Shown: piece after piece, positions 19,250 to 28,866 of the stretch
Position numbering within the stretch: the first letter of the stretch is position 1
Layout: the number at the start of each line of letters is the position of its first letter
NCBI GenBank assembly: GCA_963675665.1
Contig: OY776510.1
Span: forward strand, 4,608,001 to 4,672,000
DNA length: 64,000 bases
Direction: 5' to 3'
Source: Spirochaetia bacterium
GTDB taxonomy: Bacteria > Spirochaetota > Spirochaetia > UBA9216
Position numbers and translations under genes: made by a program
The notes under the pieces: generated by a model
Seen by the model: the letters and a program-made list of their open reading frames with translations, nothing else
Databases searched by the model: none
What the model was told of the DNA's origin: nothing

Positions 19250-20254
19250 TTACTTTATTTCTATTACATATGTAAGAGTAGCGCGCACTTTTTTATCGGT
19301 TAATGATTCGGATTCGGCAAAAACCCAGCGGCGCAGAGCTGCCTGTACAGCTGTGTCTATACGCGAATTTGTGGAAGATTTTTTAAGAACAATTCCGCTT
19401 ATAACGCCGTCCGGATCAATATCGAACTCAATAACAACAGTATACCTGGGAATACCGGCTTTTTTAACGTCTTCAGGGATTTCAGGCGGCGGGTAAACCA
19501 GCAGTTCACGGCTCAGCGAAGGGTCCCTGAATTCAAGCGTTGTGCCCCGCCCGGAAAAACTGTTCTGCACTGCTGAAGAAGGCCTGACTTGTGCATTTTC
19601 ATCAAAGTTGTCGGAATTCGATACTGCAGTTCCGGCTGCGAGACTCTCGTCGAGGCTGCTGAACATACCGGAATCTATCAGCGGCTGATTTGTCTGTTCC
19701 GGGGCGGAAGAACTGCTGACAGTTCCGGGTTCCGGCGCCGGGGCATCGGATAAAACGACTTTTGAACCGTCCGTCGCCCCAGTCGCGGCCCAGGTGTCGG
19801 GCCTGTCGGTTTCAGGCGCCACAGGGTCATCTCCGAACGCCTGACGGGCATTTACAGCAGAGGTATCGTCACGGTTCCGTTTTATTGACGCCAGGAAGTC
19901 GTCGTCCACCGACGGGGCCGTGTTTACAGCCGATACCGGGGCTGCAACAGGAACCGCCGAAGGCCGGGCTTTCGGAACAGGGGCGGGCTCGGGCTCGGGA
20001 AGCGGCACTTTATCCGGCAGTTCCTCAGCCGCGGGAGGAGCTGTCTGTTCGGAAAAATTATCAACCGGTTCCGACTCTTTTTCCGGCGGCGTCACAGGAG
20101 GCTGCGGAACCAGACTGACCTCTACCGTCAGCGGCCCGAATTCGGAAGACGGCTCAAAATTCAAACTGTGCATGCCGGTCAGTATCAGAATTACAAGATG
20201 GAGCACCAATGCAGCGCCGAGGCTGATATAAAACCGTTTGCGGTCTTCATTCAT
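19250..20254 (-). CDS. TonB/TolA-like energy transducer
   Basis: N-terminal TM with His (ALVLHL), Pro-rich linker (PEPEPAPVPK), TonB_C-like end (YPPPEIP...V.IEFDIDPDG...SS....D.A...ALRRWVF). Confidence 0.82.
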   Translation of the reverse strand: MNEDRKRFYISLGAALVLHLVILILTGMHSLNFEPSSEFGPLTVEVSLVPQPPVTPPEKESEPVDNFSEQTAPPAAEELPDKVPLPEPEPAPVPKARPSAVPVAAPVSAVNTAPSVDDDFLASIKRNRDDTSAVNARQAFGDDPVAPETDRPDTWAATGATDGSKVVLSDAPAPEPGTVSSSSAPEQTNQPLIDSGMFSSLDESLAAGTAVSNSDNFDENAQVRPSSAVQNSFSGRGTTLEFRDPSLSRELLVYPPPEIPEDVKKAGIPRYTVVIEFDIDPDGVISGIVLKKSSTNSRIDTAVQAALRRWVFAESESLTDKKVRATLTYVIEIK

Positions 20255-20664
20255 TATTTCTCAGAGTCCCTCATCCTTAAATTTACCCCGTCAAAACGGT
20301 TATGTCTGAGCAAATCAAGAATTTCTACCAACAGCTCATAGGAAACAGCCTGATCTCCTTCAATTACGACAGCCGTAAGAGCTTCCTTTTCTTCATCGCT
20401 TATCAACTGCAGCGCGGTTCCAAGAGTATCAAGGCTGTACACATCCTTGTTAAGGTAGATCTCGTCTTCCGACACCACGGAAACAACCATATTGGTCATC
20501 GTCACGGATTCGGCAGTTGTCGATTCCGGCAGAACAATAGGGATACCCGGAGTCTGCAGAAAAGTACTTGAAACCATAAAAAAGATAACGAGCTGAAAAA
20601 CTACGTCTATCATCGGAACCATATCAGCCCTTACCGATGGGGTCAGGCGCCGTCTAAAATGCAT
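20254..20664 (-). CDS. exbD: ExbD/TolR family protein
   Basis: DMVPMIDVVFQLVIFFMV TM motif with the conserved Asp. Confidence 0.9.
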   Translation of the reverse strand: MHFRRRLTPSVRADMVPMIDVVFQLVIFFMVSSTFLQTPGIPIVLPESTTAESVTMTNMVVSVVSEDEIYLNKDVYSLDTLGTALQLISDEEKEALTAVVIEGDQAVSYELLVEILDLLRHNRFDGVNLRMRDSEK

Positions 20665-21271
20665 TATCCTTTCCTTTCAGCATCAAAACCAGCTCGTTTA
20701 CGGAGTTTTCCATTCGCAAAATTATATGGTTGACCCTTTCTACAAGATGGTTATAGAAAACCGTCGCCGGAATGGAAACTATCAGTCCTGCTGCCGTAGT
20801 CAGCAACGCTTCCGAGATTCCCGACGCGAGCAATGTCGGGTCTCCGACAGCTCCTGCAGTCCCGAGGACACCGAAAGCCTCAATGTTTCCGGTTACGGTA
20901 CCAAGCAGCCCGAGCAGCGGAGCAATATGCGCGATTGTACCGAGAGGAGACAAAAACTTTTCCAGCCTGGGAACTTCCAGGTTGGCCGCGCCCATTATCG
21001 CGTCTTTTATTTCAGACTGGGAGTAAAATCTGTGTTCTATTCCCACCTTAAGCAGGTTTGAAATAGGAGAAGGATCATTCTCACAAATGGCTATAGCCTC
21101 GTAAAAATGGTTCTGCTCCAGGGCTCCCCGGATATTATCCAGAACCTTTTCTTCGTCGGATCTGATTCTTCTGAAAAACAGCATTCGTTCAATTATTATT
21201 GCGGCAGCGGCAATAGAGAGCGCTATGATGAAAATCATCACAAACCCGCCTTTTGCTATCAAGTTAAACAT
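20654..21271 (-). CDS. exbB: MotA/TolQ/ExbB proton channel protein
   Basis: APLLGLLGTVTG and GISEALLTTAAGL motifs. Confidence 0.92.
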   Translation of the reverse strand: MFNLIAKGGFVMIFIIALSIAAAAIIIERMLFFRRIRSDEEKVLDNIRGALEQNHFYEAIAICENDPSPISNLLKVGIEHRFYSQSEIKDAIMGAANLEVPRLEKFLSPLGTIAHIAPLLGLLGTVTGNIEAFGVLGTAGAVGDPTLLASGISEALLTTAAGLIVSIPATVFYNHLVERVNHIILRMENSVNELVLMLKGKDNAF

Positions 21272-21288
21272 CTTTCCTCCTGTACCAA

Positions 21289-22977
21289 CTAAAGGGATAT
21301 TTTTATTTTAGCCTGCAGCCTTGTTCCCATATCAAGATATTCGCCCCAGACAGCCCTACCTTCGGACAAAGCGCCGGCGGCAAGGTCCTTTCCGGATAAC
21401 GAAAAAATAAAACCGTCGGAGATTCTAAGATACCCTTCAAGACCGATATACGGAACCCAATAGGTACTGTACCAAATTTGTTCGGGATCATAAATACGCA
21501 GTTCTACATCTCCGGTAATCCCCATATTTCTGTCTCTGGAAGTCAGCTCTACCGATGTATCAACAAGATGCCTCGGTTTATACCAGTCCATCTGCTCAAG
21601 CAGCTGCCCGCTCCAGCCGGCATTGACTGAAAGAACGTCGGAAACCTTCCAATACACCTTTGCCGATGTACCGAGGCAAACCGTACTTCCCGCCGAAACG
21701 GAATAAAACCCGGACAGCGCCGACGGCGTCGGTTTTAATGCATTTTCGTAAACCGAAAAATCTGCAGAGTACCGCACGATCAGGCTGTCGGTAATATTCC
21801 AGCGTATGCCGCCCTCGCCGAACCATCCGCTTGTCAGCGGGATTGAACCCATACTGGCTGCAGCTTCAGGCCCGCCTGCGGCCGGGTAAACATCCCAAAG
21901 CTCTGCACGGTCACGGAAAAACGCCCTGAACCCGCCGCTTAACGAATAATCGAAGGTTGAAGACGTTCCGGAAAGCGCCACGCTGAACGGGAAATAAACT
22001 TTCTGCCAGTTGTCCCAGAACACATCAGCTTCCGCCGATATTCTGAAAACGGGCGCGGGTTCTGCGGAAAACAACAGTCCGCCGCCCAGACTCTGTGAAA
22101 TACCGCCTCCGTTCAGAAAACTTTCAAGCCCGTAATTGATTTTTACCCCGGCCTGTAGAGCTTCCGTTCCGTAAAGAAATTCAGCTTCAGGAGCAAGCGA
22201 CCAGGAGTAGAATCCCAGCGGATCATCGACTGCATTCAGCTGCATTCCCAGCGCCCGCGCGTCAAGAATGCCGGTGAGTGAAATTTTCTCTGCCGGAGTC
22301 CAGGCTATATCGGTATTTAACCCGGGAATTCGTCGCGTCAGGGCGGTATACTCCCCGGCCTTTCCCTGAAGCCCGTTTTCATATTCGTTGTATGTAATAA
22401 ACATATCGCCGGAAAGCTGATCCGTACTGTAATTAAGTTCGGCTTCAATCAGCTCTTCTCTTGCCGAATAACCTTTGCCGGCTTCACTGCCGGCAAAACC
22501 GTCGTAACTGTCGTGAAAATATCTGAGCCTGAATCCGGGCTGCTCTCCTATGTGATAGAGGTTGATATCACCCGTAATATTCGCCGAAGTCCCGACCCCG
22601 ATAGTACTCTCGCTGAAAAATGAACTCTCCGGCGACCGGCCGGTCCCGTAATAAGATGCAGGAGCTGCAGAACCGTCAACAGCAAATGCAGCAGTAGGGA
22701 TTTCAATCTCATCGGGCTGGGGCAGTTGCAGTTCGATTGACGAAAGCATAACCTCATCTTCATCCGGTATAACTGCATTTATCTCTTCAATGGTCAAATC
22801 CTCGATCTCAAGATACATTTCCGGCAGGATAATCTCGGTTTCGGTCGGTTCAACAGGACCTGAGCGAAGATCCGCCTGGGGTTTTTCATCTTCTGCAAAA
22901 ACAGTCTGTGCAGTCGAAAACAACATAAAAATCATCAGGCTTGTTGCCAATGGTCTTTTAATGTAAGCAGATATCAT
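21289..22977 (-). CDS. Putative outer-membrane beta-barrel protein with acidic N-terminal extension
   Basis: Signal peptide, acidic/Pro-rich ~90-aa segment, then many amphipathic aromatic-rich strands; ends in alternating LQAKIKISL. Confidence 0.6.
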   Translation of the reverse strand: MISAYIKRPLATSLMIFMLFSTAQTVFAEDEKPQADLRSGPVEPTETEIILPEMYLEIEDLTIEEINAVIPDEDEVMLSSIELQLPQPDEIEIPTAAFAVDGSAAPASYYGTGRSPESSFFSESTIGVGTSANITGDINLYHIGEQPGFRLRYFHDSYDGFAGSEAGKGYSAREELIEAELNYSTDQLSGDMFITYNEYENGLQGKAGEYTALTRRIPGLNTDIAWTPAEKISLTGILDARALGMQLNAVDDPLGFYSWSLAPEAEFLYGTEALQAGVKINYGLESFLNGGGISQSLGGGLLFSAEPAPVFRISAEADVFWDNWQKVYFPFSVALSGTSSTFDYSLSGGFRAFFRDRAELWDVYPAAGGPEAAASMGSIPLTSGWFGEGGIRWNITDSLIVRYSADFSVYENALKPTPSALSGFYSVSAGSTVCLGTSAKVYWKVSDVLSVNAGWSGQLLEQMDWYKPRHLVDTSVELTSRDRNMGITGDVELRIYDPEQIWYSTYWVPYIGLEGYLRISDGFIFSLSGKDLAAGALSEGRAVWGEYLDMGTRLQAKIKISL

Positions 22978-25859
22978 TATTCGGCCCCCTTCAAAAGTTT
23001 GCCGGCTTCAATTGCCCATTCAGTGTCCGGGTAATACTCCCTGAGGCGTTTTATCAGTTTTTCAGCGTCGGCTTTACTGCCGGCAAGTACGGCTGTGTCT
23101 GCAGCACGGTACAGGGCCCTTGCCGAAGAATCCTTGTCGGACGGGTTTATACCAGCCGCTTCAAGAAAATATTTTACGGCTTCTGGATAATTGTTCTGTC
23201 TGTAATAATATTCGCCGATGTAATACTGCGCATCCGCGGCAGCTTCAGGATCTTCATCGGTATGCTCCGCTATCTGGCGCAGCATCGATAACGCGGGCTT
23301 AAGATCGGAGCCGCCCATTGAGATATATAAAGCCGACAGCTCTATCATCGCCCTGCGCCCTTCCGGACTGCCTGCACCGCCTTCCCGTGTGATAATTACA
23401 TTCAGTTCAGCTTCCCGTTCCGAAAGGCCGCTGATAAGAAGTCTCAATTTCTCCGATTCATCAGCCGCAACAGCAGCCCGCTCGGTTCCGGGATATTCGA
23501 GACGGCACCGTTCATACAATCCAAGTGCTGTGCTGTAGTCTCCCGCGTTTGAATAGGTCTCAGCCGTTTTCAGCATGGCCGGAGCCCTGAAAACAGAGTC
23601 GCGATAGTTATCAATAATATTTTCCCACAGCAGCACCGCTCCGAAATCTTCATCATTGCCCTTCAGCGACATACCGCCCCAATACAGGGCAGCGTCGAAC
23701 ATTTTGCTGTTCGGATAATTTCGCCGAAAGGTATAAAATGCCGACGCCGCTTCCGCAAATTTTCCGTCATCGTAGAAAAGCTCGCCCCGGCGGAACATTC
23801 CCTCTTCAGCAAGCAGGCCTCCATACCTGCGGAACAGGTACTCATAATCAGCAGCAGCCTGTTCCGTATCGCCCATAAGGGCATACAGGGCAGCTTTCTC
23901 AAAAAGAGCGTCATCGGCAAGGGCCGAGTCTTCATTGTCCCGGGTAATTTCAGCAAAGATATTGGCAGCCTCACGGTAACGCTCCAGAGCTGCGAGATTT
24001 TTGGCATACATGAACCAGCCCTTTTTACCGTTGTCTTTTTCAAGTCCGCTGTAATCAAGAAAGAATGCCGATGATTTTTCATAATTACCGGTTATATATT
24101 CACACCACCCGGCAAGGTAAGCCGCTTCAACAGAGGCCCCGGATTCCGGGTAACTGTCTATCAATTCTTCAAATGCGGACGACGCCCTGCCGTATTCCGC
24201 GTTTCGGTAGTATGCCCATCCGGTGTAGAAAAGTGCATAGGGATAAATTTCTGCAAGTCCGAAGTCTGCCGCGTTAACCGGGTTAATTAACAGCAGTTCA
24301 TCAATTGCGCGTTTATAATCCGAGAGCGCAATAGCGGATAATCCGCTTATATATGAACTGAGCAGATATGCCTTTGTATAATTTTCCCGGACTTCCGGAC
24401 GCCATTTAAACTCAACAGAATCGTCCAGAATCCGCTTGTACTGATCCAGTAAGAATCTGAGCCTGAATAAATCAAGTTCCGCGTTAACATCATCGGGTTT
24501 ATAACCCAGGTAACGTTCAAGTTTATCTGCGGCTTTACCATAGTCGCCTTTCTTTTTCAGAAGAGTGGATTCAAGACGCAGCAGCGATGAAGTACGCTCT
24601 CCCCTGCTGTCTGCGGAATATGCCCGCGCAACCCATTCCAGCGCCTCATCATATCTCCCGCCGCGGTAACAGATAAATGATTTAAGATAAGCTGCTTCAT
24701 AAAAGAACCCGGTTCCGGAATAATCTTTGAAAAAATCATCCAGCCGCCTTTCACCATTACTGTAATTCTGAGCATTTGTATAAAGTTCGGCAAGACGCAC
24801 AAGAATCTCTGCGCGGCGGCTGTCGGATTTGCCCAGATAAATCTCAAGTATCTCGGCTGCTCTTCTGCTGTTCCCGTTCTGCTCGAGGAGTTTCGAATAA
24901 TAAAGGGGCACCAGTCCGTCGAACTCGGAAGGCGACGACGTATCCCATATTGCCAGGAAATATTTTTCAGCGGTTTTATAATCACCTGAATTATAAGAAG
25001 CTATTCCTATACGCATGCGGAAATCCCCAAGGATATCCGGCCTGTCCCCGAGGGTCTTTTCAGCATCATCAAGCAGTCCTGACAGGCTTTCGTCCCTTCC
25101 TGTCCTTCGATAAATGGTAAATAATCTCTGCCAGGCTACACTCATGCGCGGATCATCAAGTTCAGTCAGCTCTGAATATAATTCTTCGGCTCCGGCAAGA
25201 TCATCGGTCATATATTTGGCCTCGGCCTCATGAAGCATTAGCTGGTTTCGGTACTCAGGTAAAAATGATTCTCCAGGCTGATTATCTGCAAGTTCAAGTA
25301 CACTGTCGTACTTTCCCTGTTTCAGATAAAGCGAAGATAACAGGGCATTTATATAACCGTCATCGGAAAAATCATCACGGTCAAGAAGAAGTTCAAGCGA
25401 ATAAGCAGCATCGGATAAACGTCCCATTTTATCATAGCTCATTGCCCTGTACAGATATGCTTCGGACACCAGCTTTCCGGTGCCGGAACGGATATACTCG
25501 TCAAAAAACTCTGCGGCAGCTTTATAATCTTCCGAGACAAGTGAAATTCTTCCCTGCCAGAACGGAACCATCCCGATATATGATGTAGAAGAGTATGTCT
25601 TTTTTATCTCGGAAAACAGTTTCAAAGATTCATCGGTCCGGCCAAGCTGGTATAAGCTGACGGCTCTTTTAAACTGCGCATCAGGCACTTCAGGTGAAAT
25701 CCTGTTTTCAGCTACGAATCTGGTATACAAATCCAGGGCTGCGGAGAAATTTCCACTGTTATACCGGCCTTCAGCTTCGAGAAAAAGTTCCCGATCCGCT
25801 CCGAAACCGGAAAAGACCCAAACAGTAATAAAAAGCAGTAATACTATAATTCTTTTCAT
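22977..25859 (-). CDS. Large periplasmic tetratricopeptide-repeat protein
   Basis: Sec signal peptide; repeated A.Y..G..Y....Y..A...F..L...YP TPR units throughout. Confidence 0.9.
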   Translation of the reverse strand: MKRIIVLLLFITVWVFSGFGADRELFLEAEGRYNSGNFSAALDLYTRFVAENRISPEVPDAQFKRAVSLYQLGRTDESLKLFSEIKKTYSSTSYIGMVPFWQGRISLVSEDYKAAAEFFDEYIRSGTGKLVSEAYLYRAMSYDKMGRLSDAAYSLELLLDRDDFSDDGYINALLSSLYLKQGKYDSVLELADNQPGESFLPEYRNQLMLHEAEAKYMTDDLAGAEELYSELTELDDPRMSVAWQRLFTIYRRTGRDESLSGLLDDAEKTLGDRPDILGDFRMRIGIASYNSGDYKTAEKYFLAIWDTSSPSEFDGLVPLYYSKLLEQNGNSRRAAEILEIYLGKSDSRRAEILVRLAELYTNAQNYSNGERRLDDFFKDYSGTGFFYEAAYLKSFICYRGGRYDEALEWVARAYSADSRGERTSSLLRLESTLLKKKGDYGKAADKLERYLGYKPDDVNAELDLFRLRFLLDQYKRILDDSVEFKWRPEVRENYTKAYLLSSYISGLSAIALSDYKRAIDELLLINPVNAADFGLAEIYPYALFYTGWAYYRNAEYGRASSAFEELIDSYPESGASVEAAYLAGWCEYITGNYEKSSAFFLDYSGLEKDNGKKGWFMYAKNLAALERYREAANIFAEITRDNEDSALADDALFEKAALYALMGDTEQAAADYEYLFRRYGGLLAEEGMFRRGELFYDDGKFAEAASAFYTFRRNYPNSKMFDAALYWGGMSLKGNDEDFGAVLLWENIIDNYRDSVFRAPAMLKTAETYSNAGDYSTALGLYERCRLEYPGTERAAVAADESEKLRLLISGLSEREAELNVIITREGGAGSPEGRRAMIELSALYISMGGSDLKPALSMLRQIAEHTDEDPEAAADAQYYIGEYYYRQNNYPEAVKYFLEAAGINPSDKDSSARALYRAADTAVLAGSKADAEKLIKRLREYYPDTEWAIEAGKLLKGAE

Positions 25860-25868
25860 ATCCTTGAT

Positions 25869-25897
25869 AGGATATACCCAGTAAAGCTAATTATCAA
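25869..25897 (-). promoter_or_regulatory. sigma70-type promoter for the TPR-barrel-ExbBD-TonB operon
   Basis: TTGATA-N17-TATCCT about 10 nt before the ATG. Confidence 0.5.
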
Positions 25898-25901
25898 TAT
25901 T

Positions 25902-27182
25902 TCATCGCCTGAAATAACTGCCGGCACCCAAATCCGGTGTTTTTCTCAATTCCGGCAGCCTGAAACCCGCATCAACCCTGATTCTGACAAGATGGACATG
26001 GGCACCTTTAAAACTGTCTGCAAGGATCTCCGAATTGGACTCGGTATTTCTTTCAAATACAATATCGCTGTATCCGTTTTCTTTATCGAGCATCGGTATC
26101 AGAACTGCTGTATGTATATGCTGCCTCAACACCGGGGCGGTTCCCCAGGGGATATTAACAGAAGCAAGATAGATATATTCCGGTTCGGTTACGGCGAGGT
26201 AATACATCAGAAGTTTCAGTTCTTCTATCGGGAAGCCCACATCTTCAACATAATCAGCCCAGGGCAGATCTTTTACGTCGGCCGATTTATAGTCCGAATC
26301 TTCAGGGTGTTCGATGCCGGCGATTTTAACAGCAATATTTCTATTCCAGTCAAGTCCGAAATACGGATCACGATCATCTTCATGTCTCAGGCTCCATCTG
26401 TTTCCCCTCTGATCCGTTTGTTTGCTCTTCAGTTCCGCAACCGAAAGATAACCTCCGGTTTCCGCATAATTTATTCCGTCGGCAACCCATTTCACAAAAC
26501 CGGAACAATTAAACCCGCCCTGATCTTCAGGCTGGGGAGACAAGTCTTCGATAAACACCCAGGTTCCGTCTGCATCCAGGGCTCCGTCGTCAACATCGTA
26601 CATGAGCGGCAGGTTCTGTCTGATTTCATCGGAAAGCTTCATTTTTTGCTCAAATAAAAAGAAATCCGTCTCGGGAAAAATCATTGGCCAGTCTATAATA
26701 CCGGATGTCGAGTCAATAATCTCGGCAAATGATTCCGTAAGGGCTTCAGCAAAGCTGAAAGGCAAATTTATATCGGAATAAATTATCTTGCCGTAGAGAA
26801 TTATCTCCATTACTGCCCTGTCGTCCATCGGGAAAATCCGCGCATAGCATTCCGTATGGTTTTTAAGAAAGACTTTAATCTGTATAAATTTCCCGTCTGA
26901 AAGATTTCGTTTGATTATATAGGAACCTTTGCTGAAAACAGGAAATTTCCCGTCGGATTCATTGATAAAACACAGGTAAAAAGCATCATTCTGAAGCTTA
27001 ACCTGGAAGGAAACTTCTGAACCGTCAAGAATCTGCTCTACAGTTCGATCCCGGGCTTCAAGAACATCGCCGGTCGGGGCGGTTATCATTTCACGCAGCT
27101 GCACTCTGGCTTCGGAATTATCGGGAAAGGCAAAAACACTTGCAGGGAGACAGATTAATATGCACAGTAAAGTCCATTTCAC
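25902..27182 (-). CDS. Exported protein with NlpC/P60-like (papain-fold) Cys/His motifs
   Basis: Signal peptide; GGFNCSGFVKWVADG and downstream RQHIHTAVL. Confidence 0.6.
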   Translation of the reverse strand: MKWTLLCILICLPASVFAFPDNSEARVQLREMITAPTGDVLEARDRTVEQILDGSEVSFQVKLQNDAFYLCFINESDGKFPVFSKGSYIIKRNLSDGKFIQIKVFLKNHTECYARIFPMDDRAVMEIILYGKIIYSDINLPFSFAEALTESFAEIIDSTSGIIDWPMIFPETDFFLFEQKMKLSDEIRQNLPLMYDVDDGALDADGTWVFIEDLSPQPEDQGGFNCSGFVKWVADGINYAETGGYLSVAELKSKQTDQRGNRWSLRHEDDRDPYFGLDWNRNIAVKIAGIEHPEDSDYKSADVKDLPWADYVEDVGFPIEELKLLMYYLAVTEPEYIYLASVNIPWGTAPVLRQHIHTAVLIPMLDKENGYSDIVFERNTESNSEILADSFKGAHVHLVRIRVDAGFRLPELRKTPDLGAGSYFRR

Positions 27183-27195
27183 AATTTGATTATCG

Positions 27196-27516
27196 TCAAT
27201 TTTTTTTCATTTCATCAATTTTAAGTGAGAGATTCAGGAGTGTTTCCCTTAAAGCCTGAACCGAAGCTTTTACATCGACCTTATCCTGAGACAGTTCTGA
27301 CCACAGTTTCTGCTTTGCGCCTTCAATCGTATATTTTTCATCATGAAGAAGATGCTTGATTCTGAAAAGAGTATTCGCATCATTTCTTGAATAAAGCCGT
27401 TTCCCGCTGCGGTCTTTGCGCGGATTAACTATTTCGAATTCCTGCTCCCAGTATCGCAGAACATGAGGTTTGACTCCGAGGAGCCTGCACATTTCCCCTA
27501 TCGACAACAGTTCCAT
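27196..27516 (-). CDS. MerR-family HTH regulator
   Basis: SIGEMCRLLGVKPHVLRYWEQEF...R.YS...YTIEGAK. Confidence 0.9.
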   Translation of the reverse strand: MELLSIGEMCRLLGVKPHVLRYWEQEFEIVNPRKDRSGKRLYSRNDANTLFRIKHLLHDEKYTIEGAKQKLWSELSQDKVDVKASVQALRETLLNLSLKIDEMKKN

Positions 27517-27528
27517 TCTATAACCGGT

Positions 27529-28866
27529 TTAATCCCTCAATTCCATTGTAATGGGTACAGACGGCATTCCGAAATCAGCCCTGATCATTTTCAAAATATA
27601 GCGCTGGTATGATTCCGGGAAATTCTTTTTATTGTTAACAAACATAAGGAACTTTATCGGCGCCGCGCTGACCTGCGTCATGTATTTTATCTTGTAACGT
27701 CCTTTCTTTGACCGGGGAGGTTCGTTCTCTTCCGTCCAGTAGGCAAGGTGCTCATTCAGAGTCGAGGTTTCAACCCTCTTGCCCAGCTGATGTTTAACCT
27801 TAAGCACAGTGTCGAGTAAATCTTCGACCCCTTTACTGTTTAAAGCTGAAAGCGGAATAATCGGAGCAAAACCAAGAATAGGAAAAAGAAAACGTACCCT
27901 GTCGGAAACGGCTTCAAAAGCATTTGGGATTTTAGCCTGCAGATCCCATTTATTGAGCACTATAATAACACCCTTTCCTTTTCTGACAATCAGGCCGGCT
28001 ATTTTTTTATCCTGATCCGAAAGACCTTCAATAGAATCAATCATCAGCAGAACTACATCCGATTCATCTATACTTTTTATTGCCCGGTTTACAGAATAAT
28101 ATTCAACAGCCTCATTGACCTTTTTTTTCCGTCTGATTCCTGCGGTGTCAAGGACCCTGAATTCATGATCCTTGTACGTAAAGAACCCTTCGACAATATC
28201 CCGTGTGGTTCCGGGTATATCTGATACTATCGACGAGTTTTTTTTTGTCAGCAGGTTTGTCAGGGTAGATTTACCGGTATTGGGTTTTCCCAGAATTGCA
28301 ATATTAATCCAGGCAGGCGCCTCTTCTTCAGAGGGGACGCTTCCGATGTCCTTTACCCTCTCATAAACAGCCTCGATAAAATCGCCGTAACCGTAACCGT
28401 GAGTAGCTGAAATGGGATATATTTTATCAAAACCGAGAGAATAAAAATTCCAGATCTCATCTTCCTTTTCAGGTCCGTCAACCTTGTTCACCACAAGCAT
28501 GAGCTTGTCGGAATAGGGCCGCATCTCTTCAATAAAAATCTCATCCTCTGAAGTTATATTTTTAAGATCAAGAACCAGTACGACAAGATCAGCTTCAGCC
28601 ACAACCTCCAGACTTCTGGCAACAACCAGATTATCAAGAGCTTCCTGGTCCAGTTTATATCCGCCGGTATCAATAAATTTTATCTCTTTATCGTTAATAT
28701 CGGCAGTACCTTCAACAGGGTCCCTGGTAACCCCGGGAGTCGGATCCGTAATTGCCTTTCGTGATCTTATTATTCGGTTAAAAAGCGTCGATTTGCCCAC
28801 ATTGGGGCGTCCGGCTATCGCCACTATCGGCAATTTACTGTTGTTTAAGGTATTCAAACCGCTCAT
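27529..28866 (-). CDS. der: Ribosome biogenesis GTPase Der (EngA)
   Basis: Two G domains (GRPNVGKST, GKPNTGKST; DTGG, DTAG; NKVD, NKWD); start uncertain, overlaps ptsI end. Confidence 0.96.
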   Translation of the reverse strand: MSGLNTLNNSKLPIVAIAGRPNVGKSTLFNRIIRSRKAITDPTPGVTRDPVEGTADINDKEIKFIDTGGYKLDQEALDNLVVARSLEVVAEADLVVLVLDLKNITSEDEIFIEEMRPYSDKLMLVVNKVDGPEKEDEIWNFYSLGFDKIYPISATHGYGYGDFIEAVYERVKDIGSVPSEEEAPAWINIAILGKPNTGKSTLTNLLTKKNSSIVSDIPGTTRDIVEGFFTYKDHEFRVLDTAGIRRKKKVNEAVEYYSVNRAIKSIDESDVVLLMIDSIEGLSDQDKKIAGLIVRKGKGVIIVLNKWDLQAKIPNAFEAVSDRVRFLFPILGFAPIIPLSALNSKGVEDLLDTVLKVKHQLGKRVETSTLNEHLAYWTEENEPPRSKKGRYKIKYMTQVSAAPIKFLMFVNNKKNFPESYQRYILKMIRADFGMPSVPITMELRD

